Origin: Vicugna vicugna
Taxonomy: Eukaryota
NCBI GenBank assembly: GCA_013265495.1
Contig: MU058844.1
Location: 372,001-435,033, forward strand
Reading direction: 5' to 3'
Length of the DNA stretch: 63,033 nucleotides
This document shows, one piece after another, positions 38,646-50,105 of the stretch. The position numbers were made by a program, and so were the translations under genes. Position 1 is the stretch's first letter. Every line of letters begins with the position of its first letter. The notes beneath the pieces were generated by a model. That model saw only the letters and a program-made list of their open reading frames with translations. It had not been told where the DNA came from and ran no database searches.

Positions 38646-38835
38646 GACAATTAAATAACATGGCAAGTATTCAAGATAGTAGATGACTGACTGCTAAACA
38701 GCAATTTAGCTTGAATTCTTTTCCCCCATGATTTGCAAAATTTCAGCTTTATGTACATTTTTCTGAAAAGGATTCATAGCTTTTATCATGAAATCAAGAT
38801 GGTTGATAAACATCTTAAAAAGTTAAGGGCCATAG

Positions 38836-39362
38836 GTTCCTTAAAAAACTAAAAATAGACAACATATGATCCAGCAATCCTACTCCTGGGCATAAATCCA
38901 GAGAAAACTATAATTCAAAAAGACACATGCACCCCAATGTTCATAGCAGCACTATTTACAATAGCCAAGACATGGAAACAACCCAGATGTCCATGGACAG
39001 ATGACTGGATAAGGAAGAAGTGGCATATATATACACAATGGAATACTACTCAGCCATAAAAAATAATAAAATAATGCCATTTGCAGCAGCATGGATGGAC
39101 TCGGAGATCATCATACTAAGTGAAGTAAGCCAGAAAGAGAAAGAAAAATACCATATGCTATCACTTATATGTGAAATTAAAAAAAGAAAAGACAAAAATG
39201 AACTTATTTACAAAACAGAAATAGACTCACAGACATAGAAAACAAACTTATGGTTACAAGGGGGTCAAGGGGGTGGGAAGGGATAAATTGGGAATTCAAA
39301 AATTGCACCACTTGGGGAGTGATGGAAATGTTAGTTATCTTGAAAAAAAGATTATATATGTG
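38836..39362 (+). mobile_element. L1 3' segment with an atypical 3' end and TSD
   Basis: Same subfamily motifs as 21350-21770 (ORF 39020..39238 MEYYSAIK...); TSD aaaaagttaagggccatag / aaaaagtgaagggtcatag. Confidence 0.88.
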
Positions 39363-39799
39363 TTAAAAAAGTGAAGGGTCATAGTCCTGAAGTGATTAAT
39401 ATTGAAAATAAATGAACGTAAGTTCACAATGAAGAGAAATAAATGTGGGCTGTTGTGGTGTCTCTCCTTACTTCCCACAGAATATCAGCCTGGTTCCACT
39501 GCTAATCTGTGTTCCTTGAGGACCCATCTCTGTCCTTTTGAATCTTGTCCATCCTTCATCTTTCTGGGCTATGCTATATGAAGAGACAGAGAGGAGGAAC
39601 AGATTTAAATGAACAATCAACTGAACTTGTTGGACATTTACTGTGCAAAGCGGAAGAGGGGCAGAGCAAAGGTGGTTCCTTTCAGGACACGTCTTGACGG
39701 CTGTGAGCAGAGTGGGGACTACGGACCAACAGGGAGACTCACTTTGTGGGGCCAGGAAAGGTTCACAAAGCTGAGACAGAAAAGAAACCAACCATGTGC

Positions 39800-40725
39800 A
39801 TGGGAAATAGAGTAGAGACAGCTCTAGGCTGAGGGAACAACTTACAAATTAAAAGGGGGTGGAAATAGCTTAACATATGTGGGAGTGTGGTGTGGAGTTT
39901 AAGAGGCAGGTCATTTTGGGCTTTGTAGGCCTTGGTGGTAATAACATGGAATTAGGACTCAGACCCATTTGTATAGATGTTATTCGAAACGCAGTAGGGC
40001 ATCACTGAGGGTATTTAACACAAAAGAAGTGACATGATATGATGGGTTTTTTGTTTTTTTTAAAGATTACTCTGGCTGTCCTGTGAGGAGCAGTTTGGAG
40101 AGAGGCAGGACTGCAAGCAAGTCTAACGAGACTATCGCTGCTTGGCAGTCAAGTTAAGAGATGAAGATGATGTGATGGAGGGTGGCAACAGTGGAGATGG
40201 AAAGAAAAGAAAGGGGTCCAGATATACTGTGAAAGTAGAAATGATGACTGAACTTGCTGATGGATTGATTGGAGGTGGAAATTGAGAAAGTGGAAAGACA
40301 CTTCAGGTGGCACCTTGATGACTAGCTTGAACGTGGGTGGTTCATGAGATAGGAAAGACTGCAAGACGAGCAGATTTGGGGGATCTGACGAGGGTGGAAA
40401 CAGAGAATTCTATTTGGGAGTTGTTGAGTATGAGATACTGCTGAGATAGCCAAGTAGAGATATGAAATGAGACAGGTGGTTAGACAAATGTGTCTGGAGA
40501 ATAGCAGTTAGGCTGGACGTGGACTGAAAGCCATGGGAATGTTGAGTGCACATAAGGAGAGAGTGTAGAAAAAAAGGAAAAGGACTCAGAACCTGCAGAA
40601 TTTCAACATTTAGCGGTTCTCTGGAGGACGGCCAGCAAGGGGTCCTCAGAAGTGGCAGGGAGAGAGGTGGTATGAAAACCAAGAGACCACGATGTGAGAG
40701 TAGCTAAGAGAGGCATGTCCAGAAG
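39800..40725 (-). mobile_element. L2 remnant
   Basis: aaagattactctggctg, gaacttgctgatggattg, tgttgagtatgagata motifs. Confidence 0.75.
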
Positions 40726-40875
40726 AGTTTCATAATTTTGGAGTTCAATGCCAGCAAGTTTAAAACTGTAATTTCCAAAAATACAAACTTGAAATACAGG
40801 TAAATAACTTACATTGTCCTACATAAAAGCAGTTTAACTTTATGCTAGGGAAATGACAAAACAGACAAAATTGTA

Positions 40876-40998
40876 TCTCTTTCCCTCCTCTCTTTCTTTC
40901 TCTCCCTTCCTTTTTCCTCTCTTTTCCTTTCTCCCTCTCTTTCTTTCTTTCTCCTTTTTCTCTCTCCTTTTCTTTTCTTTCTTTCTTTTTTTTTTTTT
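40876..40998. repeat. Pure pyrimidine (T/C) low-complexity tract
   Basis: ~120 nt of T/C only; accounts for the K/E/R-rich and F/L/S-rich ORFs at 40845 and 40853. Confidence 0.9.
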
Positions 40999-41511
40999 AG
41001 CAGCCTGTCTTTGCTCTCATGCGTGCCCATCTGCTCTGCCTTGGTCTAAGGAGCCTGCAGCAGTCTGGCTGTGTTAAGTGACTGGGTGGCTATGCCTATA
41101 ATTGGGTAGCTGGTGGGGGAACTATTAATAAACTCAAATTACTACTGGCTTAGAACTGCGATCTCCAATCAGCTTTATTAGTAATGAAAACAATGTTTTG
41201 ATCTCCATGTCTTTCAACTGGTTATAATTTCAGGAGCGGAAATTGGATGCTATTTATTGGCCTGCTCAAAATCCAACTATCTAGAATAGTGAACACTTGG
41301 ACCAGCTTTAACCCCAGCAATCTGCCTGTAATATCTAACACTTGGACCAGGAGAATTAGAACAGACAGGAGGAAAGACATGGGTATTGGGTCAAAAGGAG
41401 TTAGAAAAACAGGAACAAGAAAGTATAAGTTGAGGTTGCTCTTGCAACCACTTTGTTTTCTTGAGCAGATCAGATAATATGGGACTGTGTGGCTCTCAAG
41501 CTCTGGACCCA

Positions 41512-41655
41512 TCAGTGGTGCCTGGGGAGCTGGTTAATAACCCAGATGCATGGGGCCATGATACTCTCAGAGATCTTGGATGGGGCTCCTGTGCCCATAT
41601 GTTTAAACAGCCTCTAAGGTGATTAGCACTCCAAAATTTGAAAACCTCTGCTCCA
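41512..41655. mobile_element. MER5-like hAT MITE
   Basis: cctggggagctggttaataacccagatgcatgggg...ggtgatt...aaatttgaaaacctctg. Confidence 0.6.
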
Positions 41656-44501
41656 GAGTATATCGGATCCAGGCTGTTGTACTCAGAAGTCAAACAAAGT
41701 TTTCAAAACATTGCTAATCATACTGGTAGAAGGTGGGCAGTTCTCTGCAGAAAGCAAGAGACACAAGTGAGAAGCACATGAAAAGTCAATAGAACTGGAG
41801 AGAGACAGGTGATGGAAGGGAACAGGAAAGGTGATGGGAGTGTACTGAAAAGAAGTTTGGGCAGGGCACACCAGGTGGGAAGAAATAAGGAAACAGTTTA
41901 GGCTGGACAGGCTGAGTAAGCTCACAGGTGGAGTAACACAACAACTGGAGCCCAAGGACACAGAATACAAATAGTTTTCTTGGGAACCTGAAAGAGTGAC
42001 CCACAGAGGCATGGGAAAGAGTCTTGCTTCTTCTGAGTTCCTGTTCCAGCCAGGCTTCTGGCTTAGCCTTGAGTCACCATCCTCTGGAATCCTGTTTCCA
42101 CTGGGACCTGACCCAAAGAAAGGAATACCCGCCTTCACCTACCTTTATAGAAAAATTGCAGAATCAATGATTCCTACAGAATGCCTCCAGTGGTGCATGC
42201 ACTTAAAGCTCTTTGTAGGTGAGATAGCATTCAAAAATGCTTTGTAAAGCATAAAGCACTAAACAAAGGTCAGCCATATTACTCTGATTCTCTTGGATCT
42301 CATCTTTCTGGAAACCTTCGCCTGGAGGTGGTGCTCCTGTGACCCTGGAGGACCCTACTGAGATCTATCCTATAGGCTGGCATTGTGTTGGTTACAGTTT
42401 GTAATTGCTCAGCTATTTACATTGAAGTCATGAATATGAGGCAACAGGCTTTTTTTCCCTTCCTTTTAAAAAATCATTGTGTAGCTTTCTCTTCCTCCCC
42501 CACCCACTTCCTCCCTGAGTCAGTGTACACGAACCCTCTTCTCACAGATACTTCTGTCTTGAGCGCCCACGAAACAGTTTTCCTATGCTGCAAGAAACAA
42601 TAAGAGTACTTGCAAACAAAGACTTCTGCCTGATGACGATTGCTCATTAATTGAAACAGGATCTTTATTAAAGGTGATGATCTATGATTTTCCAAACTGA
42701 TCTACTCAATTTTATCTCTGCAAAGCATGAGACAGTTTATGAAAGAAACTCTATTGTCCTCCAGGAAGTCAAGTTGAAAAGGTGAGGTATGAACATAAAC
42801 ATCCTGTGTTTTCTGTGAGCATTCACTTATGGATCATGAATTTATAGCAACCACTCTCAAACAGGTGTTTATCTTCAGCCTGCAGTCATCAATTCATTCC
42901 CCTGACCAGTACTTTTTGAGAGCACTCACGTAGCAGGCCCTGAGCTGGGCCCCAAGGATATAGTGGTGACCAAGATGGATGAGGTCCACGACCCTGAGGA
43001 GTTCAGGTATAAATGTCCTAAGATATTACCTGCAGGGTAAACAGTCCTTATGTATCTGCTATTATAGGACCAAAGTAGTGAACCTGAATATTTGGGGGTG
43101 GAGGGGTGGGGAAGGAACAGGAGGCACTAAAACAGTATTCTTGGCAGTAAAACTCACGTAGAACACGATTCCTCTAATTCTTTCATCACAGCATTCTTGA
43201 GCCCTTTTTCCTACATTACATGCACAGGCACTTGGAGTTTGTGTCCTGAAAGGAGCAGAGCCTGGAAAAAAACATGGACAAAAGTAAAGCATAATGAAGA
43301 GCCAAAAAAAGATGAATTAGCTAAGAGCTCTGCCTAGTGCTGTTCAGCTTAGTGAAGCTATTCGATCACTATTATTTATTCATTACCATGGACCAGCATG
43401 TTTTTGCTGAGTTTTGGATGTACGATATCATTCCTGATCAGCATTTAAAGAGCTCTGAATACCTCTTAATGAGGCTGTTGAAATTAGTGGATTGGATTAT
43501 TTTGTGTTTTGAATAAGTAATACATTCATACAGCTCAAAATCCAAAAGGTTCAAGAGTATGGAGTGAAAAAATCTCTTGTACCTCTGTTCTCCAGCTGTC
43601 TGCCACCTCTGCCCTGAAGGAACTGGTTCAGTTATTTTGTGGATATCCTTGTTTTATCCATACATTATGGATACAGTAAGCAGGATTCCTAACCAGCTTC
43701 CTAACCTGAGAATAAACTTCACCTCAGTCCTGTGGCAACCTGTCCTCCTAGAATAGATCCTGTTCTACAGGACTTAATGTGAATCAGAAGTTTGGATTTT
43801 ATTTTCCAGATGAGTATAGTGTGAGCTGTTCTCAAAGGGGGAAAGAATGGGGAAAACCACCAGAAGAGACATGAAACTACATATATTTATATGATTTTAT
43901 ATATATATATATATTTATCTAAGAGAATTTCATGCCATCAAACCAACCTCTGCCAAACAAATCTATACTATCAAGTTTTAAAAATCTGGTTTCCTAAAGA
44001 AAATTATACCTGGCTTTTATCAAACAAAATAATTGTTCTTATTACAAAACTGGTTCTTAAAAAATAACCACCCTTGCTAACTGCTATGTACTTAATATAT
44101 ATATGCATATATATATATCATTGAAACTTCACATCATATGAAGTACACTTTATAGGTGAAGAAAATGAAGGACAGACAGGTTAAACAAATTCTAACTTTT
44201 CAAATCTAGGCAGGGCTTCAGGGCTCTCACCCTTAATCTGCATGATACTCACTATTCATTCTGGTAGAGAATAGCCAAAAGAAGGCAGTGGCAATATTTT
44301 TGTTATTTATTCAAAATCTTTTGTTCTTTTAGGAGCTATCAAAATTAACCATGATATTTAAATGCAGAGTTCCAGGCTTTAGCACTGAGCTAGAAAATTA
44401 GAATCTTTGGGGGAAGGGCTCCAGGAATGTTTATTTTAACCAGTGCTGCAGGTGATTTTAAGGCAGATGGCTTGTAAGAATACTGTGACAAATGTCATAC
44501 C

Positions 44502-45017
44502 TGTAGCAGTTTGTTTTTTTCAAAGTTGGCCACAATTGTACCTTCCATCACACAAACTCTGATCTTTTCTAGAATCTTGCCACTTTTCTTTGAAAAGAGG
44601 GGGGTCCATGTCCCCTGCCTGTCAAACTAGGTTGGCTTTTGTGACTAGTCAACCAACAGATTGTGGTGGGAGTGATGCTATGTGACTTCCAAGGTTGGGT
44701 CAAAAAAGGTGATTCAGCTTTCACTTTGCTTGCTAGAACAGTCATTCTTGGAATCCAGCCACCATGCGGTGAGGAAGCCCAAGTCACCCCAGGGAGAGGC
44801 CTACTTGGAGAGGAAATAACAACCCGTACCAACTTGCCAGCTATGTGAACTATCTTGGTTTTGGTCCCAGTCAGGCTGCCCAGGCTGCCACAGCATGGAG
44901 CAGATGTACCTTCCCTGCCAAGCCCTGCCCAAACTGCAGACTGAAAAGCTAAATAAATAATTACTCTTTTCAGTACTCAGTTTGAGCTGAATTGTTATGC
45001 AATAGATAACTGGGATA
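44502..45017 (+). mobile_element. MLT1 (F/G/H-type) MaLR solo LTR
   Basis: gagtgatgctatgtgacttccaagg, ccagccaccatgcggtgaggaagccc and the end ttgttatgcaatagataactg. Confidence 0.85.
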
Positions 45018-46339
45018 GTACTCTTCTAACCCCTAGTCACTCTGCCTTTCTTTCTATCAGGGTGAGTTCTGGGCCCTCTCTAAAATATTCTGAAAGTATC
45101 CTTATCCAATGTCATTTAGTTTCCTAGATTCTTCTGATTACAGAACCACTCATTTCCAGAGTTTTGGTTATTTGAAGTTCTCACTATTGCCTCTGAGGCT
45201 TGGTTTCTCATCTTAGAAGCAATGGTAATAAGAGAGCCTATCTTATTCACTTTGCAATTAAATAAGATAATTTATGTAATCATTTCACATCATGCCCAGC
45301 ACACAATGTTTTCTCTTATTATTCTTACTAGGTTTCTTGCATTCATTCTCCATTTCTTTAATGCACCCCCCCCCTTATAGCTCAATGCCATTTCAAGGCT
45401 TTTTCCTGAGCCTTGCATGTTCTCCCCTGCCAGGTCAGTTAGATTCTTACTCATCCTTTAGGACGCCGCTTCTCCTTAAAGAAGCCCTCTCTGACTTCTC
45501 GAGCAATTAATGCCTCTGTGTACTCAAATAGCACCTTAGAGAACATCTATTATGGCCCTTAACACATTGGATTGTATTTACTATTAACTTGTCTCTCTCC
45601 TCTGCTGGACTCTAAGTTCCTGGAAGGCAGGGTCAGCCTTTTTGTATTCTCATCCACTAACGTAGCACCTGGCACATCTTTATTGACCATCTACTGCCTG
45701 TGTTACTGTGCTAGAAAACACCTAGGAAACATCGTGGCTAAGTGGTTAGGGGGCCCATGTTTTGGCAGACGTGTCTGGGAACAAAAGAGGTCCACTTCCC
45801 GCACAACCCTGGAAAAAGTGAATGTCTGTTAGCCTTATATGTAAAGCGGAGTAAACATCTTAAGATTGTCATGACGATAAAGCAAAATACCCGCAAAGAT
45901 CTCATCACATAGCAAGCAGTCAATCATCAGGATGTCACGAAATGCTTCCTCAACAATCCCATTTTCGGGCACCCTCACTCTAATCCTCCTTTAGGGCCCT
46001 GCACTCTATGGGTCATCCCTCTTTCAGGGATTACTCTGGGCTCTGTAATCCTCTGCTCGGTCATTCCTCCGCTAGCCACTCTGCGACTCAACCACTGGGT
46101 TCAGGCGCTCAGAAGCCACTCTTCTTCGCCGCCCCCAACTCCTCCAGGCCCTTTTCTTTTAGTTTTCCCGGGTCTAAGGGATGTGTCAAAGAGGCCCGAC
46201 TTGTGAGAAATTTAAACATCAAAATTCTGGTGAGGGTTTTCCTGGATGACTTTCGTGGCCCACAGTTGAGAGCTTTGCTACCGAGTTTCGGTCTTCTCCT
46301 CCCTTTGAGGAAGGAAGCCTCGAATCAACTTGACCTCTG

Positions 46340-47570
46340 TCGTTCCTGGCAACTCCAGCCGCGACCACGCGCAATGCAGTAACATTGAATGAACGAGCGA
46401 ACGAATGAATGGGCTACGTCAGCGTCCGGGCCTCTGTTACGTCGCCCACCGGCGCGGGCGTGGCCTCGGATAAGAGGCCTGCAGGGCGCGGGCGTCCCAG
46501 TCCCGCTGTCGTGCGGAAGGCTCGGCCACGAGCGCCGGAGCTCCGCGCCGCCCCGCGCCGCCCCGCGCCGCCTCCCCCAAGTCCCTGCCCCGCCGCGGCG
46601 CGTCACTTCCGCCACCCCCAGGCCGGGGCTGGGGCGGGGAGCGCGGGGGAGGGGGGCCAGGTTCGAGGGAAGCCCGCCCGCGCTCGCGTCCGCGTCCGAG
46701 CAGGGACTACATTTCCCGAGGGGCCTCGGCGGCGGCGGCGGCGGGCGCGGCAACGTCCCCCGGAAGTGGAGCCCGGGACTTCCACTCGTGCGTGAGGCAA
46801 GCGGAGCCGGAGACGAGACCAGAGGCCGAACTCGGGATCTGACAAGATGGCCGGGCTGCCCCGCAGGATTATCAAGGTAACCGCTCGGGCCGGCCGCCGG
46901 CTCCCCGCTCTGCTCTTGCCTGCTCGGCAGACCGGGCGGCGCGGCCCCTAGCTTCCTCCGGCCCGCGGCCCGCGCTGAGAGGCCCGAGGCAGCGCGGAGA
47001 GGATCTGGCCGCGGCGGTGAGGGAAGTCGGGCGCTGGGGAGGGGGCGCCCCGGAGACTTCCGGCCGCTGTGGGGCAGCCCGGCGGCGGGGATCCGGGGCT
47101 CCCAGGAGGCCCCTCCGCGAGCAGGGAAGGCCGGGCCCGCGCCCTGGCGGAGGGTGGGGCCGCGGGGTTGCGGGGCTCTAGTCTCAAATGCGGCCCGGCG
47201 CGGGCCTCCGCGGCCTCTCAGACCACCCCCGGGCGGAGGCCGCGGGCGCGCGGGAATCGCGGTGGGGCCCGGACTCCGGGAGGGGGTTGCGGCCGGATAC
47301 GGCCGCTCGGCCCGGGATCCCTGTTTCAGCCCGGGCGGGAGTGCGGGGGTGCGGCAGCCCCAGGTTCAGAATGAATGAACCGGGAGAGTGAGGCCGGGCG
47401 GGGCCCAGTGCCCCAGGAGGCGGCTCCGGGAGGGCCGTGCGTCCTGCAGCCGCCCGCACATGCTCGCCGCTGGCTGCGGGGTCCGGAGACGTGGGGGCTC
47501 CGCGCCCTGCTGCCCTCGCTTCCGCGATCTCTTTTCCTTAAATACGTTTCCGCTCGTTATCTCCGCGAAG
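46340..47570 (+). promoter_or_regulatory. UBE2N CpG island/promoter with GC boxes, ETS (CACTTCCG ~46604; CCGGAAGTG ~46760), ZNF143/THAP11 (ACTACATTTCCC 46706-46717) and YY1-like motifs
   Basis: Very high GC and CpG density spanning exon 1; motifs read directly from the sequence. Confidence 0.88.
46847..46876 (+). CDS. UBE2N: UBE2N (Ubc13, K63-linkage E2 enzyme) coding exon 1: MAGLPRRIIK; intron 1 runs past the window end
   Basis: ATG GCC GGG CTG CCC CGC AGG ATT ATC AAG followed by the donor GTAACC; this is the conserved Ubc13 N-terminus. I did not find exon 2 in the window. Confidence 0.97.
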
Positions 47571-49369
47571 TGATTTTACTCTGGTTGGCAAACTCTTTCA
47601 GAACTGCTTCTGTTCAGAGGAAATAGTTTACAAGAGCAGGCGGGGGTTGGAGGGGTGGAACGGCATAGATAGGGGGACCTTGTGATATCTTTTGCTTCTT
47701 GATTTTGTGCGCTTTGATTATTAAACCATTCTTCGGCTCTTCATGAGTGTGTACTTTGACAAATACGAGTGAACCGTGAAAAATTAGACGTCTTGGTTTT
47801 TTTAGGTTCTTTACATGAATATCAAGTCCTCACAGTGAAAAAATTTTGCAACCCTCAAAAAGAAAGCCTTGAGATTTTTGATCAGTTTTGGTGAAGGAAA
47901 TTAGTTGATCCTCTGTATTGCTTATTGTGCAAGTTAAAGTGCCTACATTGCACCATCATTTTGCTTGTTATAGCCTGGTGAACGTGTATTTAATCTGGTT
48001 TGTTCTTAAAGTTTGGCGGGTGATGCATGCTAAATGGTTAAGACCTGTTGAAGGATGGTGTATTGTGCAGTGCTTCAGGCAATTGCAGTGAAATTTATCT
48101 GAGATGGAGGTATCTCTGACCTAAAGATGCTTGATTTAGAGAAATAAGATGTGTTTTGCAAGGTAAGTCTTTGAAAGTAGAACAGATTGTCATTGTACGC
48201 TGGAATCTAATGATTTGAACCTTCATAGTGTTGTATAAAACCTTCATTCGTTTTATTAAAGGTTTGTTTCAGATTGTGTCCAAGGCATTTTAATGGCTGT
48301 GTGCAGTGGGAGGTCCTTACCGTGTGGTTCTAGTTATAATGCAGTCACATGGCTTCAATGGTCATATTTATTGAGGCCCCATTTGACAATGAGGGGTGGA
48401 AAATAGAACTGAACACCAATAATCCTCGGAGTTTTATTTACTGTTATTCAGGTAATTGATTAAGTACATAGTACACATTGACATTCAAGATAATTCTCCA
48501 AAATACATAATGAACTAAATAAAGACTTTTCATATATTTTTCTGCTTTTGCTTGATGCTGGAGGTATTCTGGAATAATATGAAAGCCTTGGAAAAATTAA
48601 TTCCGTGGTAACTTACAGATATGACTTGAAGCAATAAGTCAAAGTTCTCATTATTCAATTCATTTGGCACACGGTAATTTAGTTTACACTAGGCTTTTAC
48701 ATTTTACTATTTAAATCAAGACAGTGATAACTCATATATAATCTTGTTAATAGCATGTCTCTAATGAAAAGTGCCTTGATTTGGGTTTTATCTTGTAGGG
48801 GTTAGGTGGTTTTACTTGAATGCTATTTATAGCAAAAAGAACTATTTTCTCCAATCCCTAGGAAGGATTAAAAGATTACACTATTTTTTTATAGTGTCCA
48901 TGTTTATATTATGTAGGCTTTTCTATAATCATTGAAAATGTTTATTTTTTTTACATCAGTATTAAAAAAAAAAGGGTTTGCCTCCTTCTCTGTCAACCAG
49001 GGTACAAGGTTCTATATGGAATATAATGGTGGTGGCAGTGAGGCAGCACTACTGCCCTGAATGTTGGGAATGTACCATCTCTCATTAGACAGTTCTGCCT
49101 GAAATATGGGCATTATTTACATTTGTGAAATTTTTCAACCATTTGGTACCTGCAGAAATCTTGTGAAGTAGACAATACCGTTTATAGGCTAGAAACCCAT
49201 TCAAAGGACTTTCCTAGGGTCTTAAACCTGGCAAGGGGCAGAACTTGCATCTTGACCCAGTGTAACCTTTCCCTGCCTCTGGTTATCATGAAATGACATA
49301 AAGATTATGTAAAAGTACCTTAACTGTCAATAACTATACAAATGTAAGATTTTTTTTTGAATTACTATT

Positions 49370-50105
49370 CACTCAGTTGCTATCCTACTCAGATTCTCAT
49401 GTCTAATTCAGTAGCAAATTCTGTATGCTCTATTTTTTAAATTATATCCTGAATCAGACACATTTCCCTATCTTTCTGAAACCGCTGTTCAGTTCCATCA
49501 TTTGTTGTCTGGTCTACTGTGTTGGTCTCCTTTTAAACAGCAGCTAGTGTTACTTTTTAAAACATAGATCTTGTCACTGCTCAGAACTCTACAAAGATTC
49601 TCCATCACATTTAAAATAAAATCTTAACCCCCCCGCCCAAGCTACAAGGCCCTACATGCATGCATCTGGGATCTGCCTGCCTCTGAGGTCATCTCCTGCA
49701 CTTCTCTCCTGGGGTCTCTGCTTTGCAGCCACAGCTTTTTTTGTTGAGCAACAAGAGGCTACAAGTGTTTCAGTCACCGGGCTTTCCTCCTGTTGATTGC
49801 ATTGCTTGCCTTGTCATATTCAGTTCTTGTCTCACATGTCATATCCTCAGAGAGATTTACCTTAACAGTCCTAAAACACAGTCCTCCCCCCTCTCCCATA
49901 ATTTCTCTTTATCCTCTTATTTCTTTCTCTTCTGTATAGCACTCATAACTACTTGAAGTTACATTATTTGCTGTTTAGCTCTACTTCGATTAAAGCCCCA
50001 TGAAGGCGGGGACTCTTGGATGATTTAGGAAGTGCTCGAATGCCCAGAATAGATAATTTACAAATCTAATGCCTTGCCACTGAAATATTGAATGAATGAG
50101 TGCAC
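49370..50105 (+). mobile_element. L2 3' portion
   Basis: caaggccctacatg...aagccccatgaaggcggggact...aaatattgaatgaatga. Confidence 0.75.

Noticed and set aside
46774..46784. GGGACTTCC as an NF-kB site near the UBE2N start (feedback on K63 signalling)
   Set aside because: One base short of the 10-bp consensus and equally explained as an ETS core; no further support.
46008..47626. Many overlapping 60-160 aa Pro/Arg/Gly/Ala-rich ORFs on both strands
   Set aside because: Expected from stop-codon scarcity in a CpG island; only the 10-codon UBE2N exon has a recognisable product and donor.
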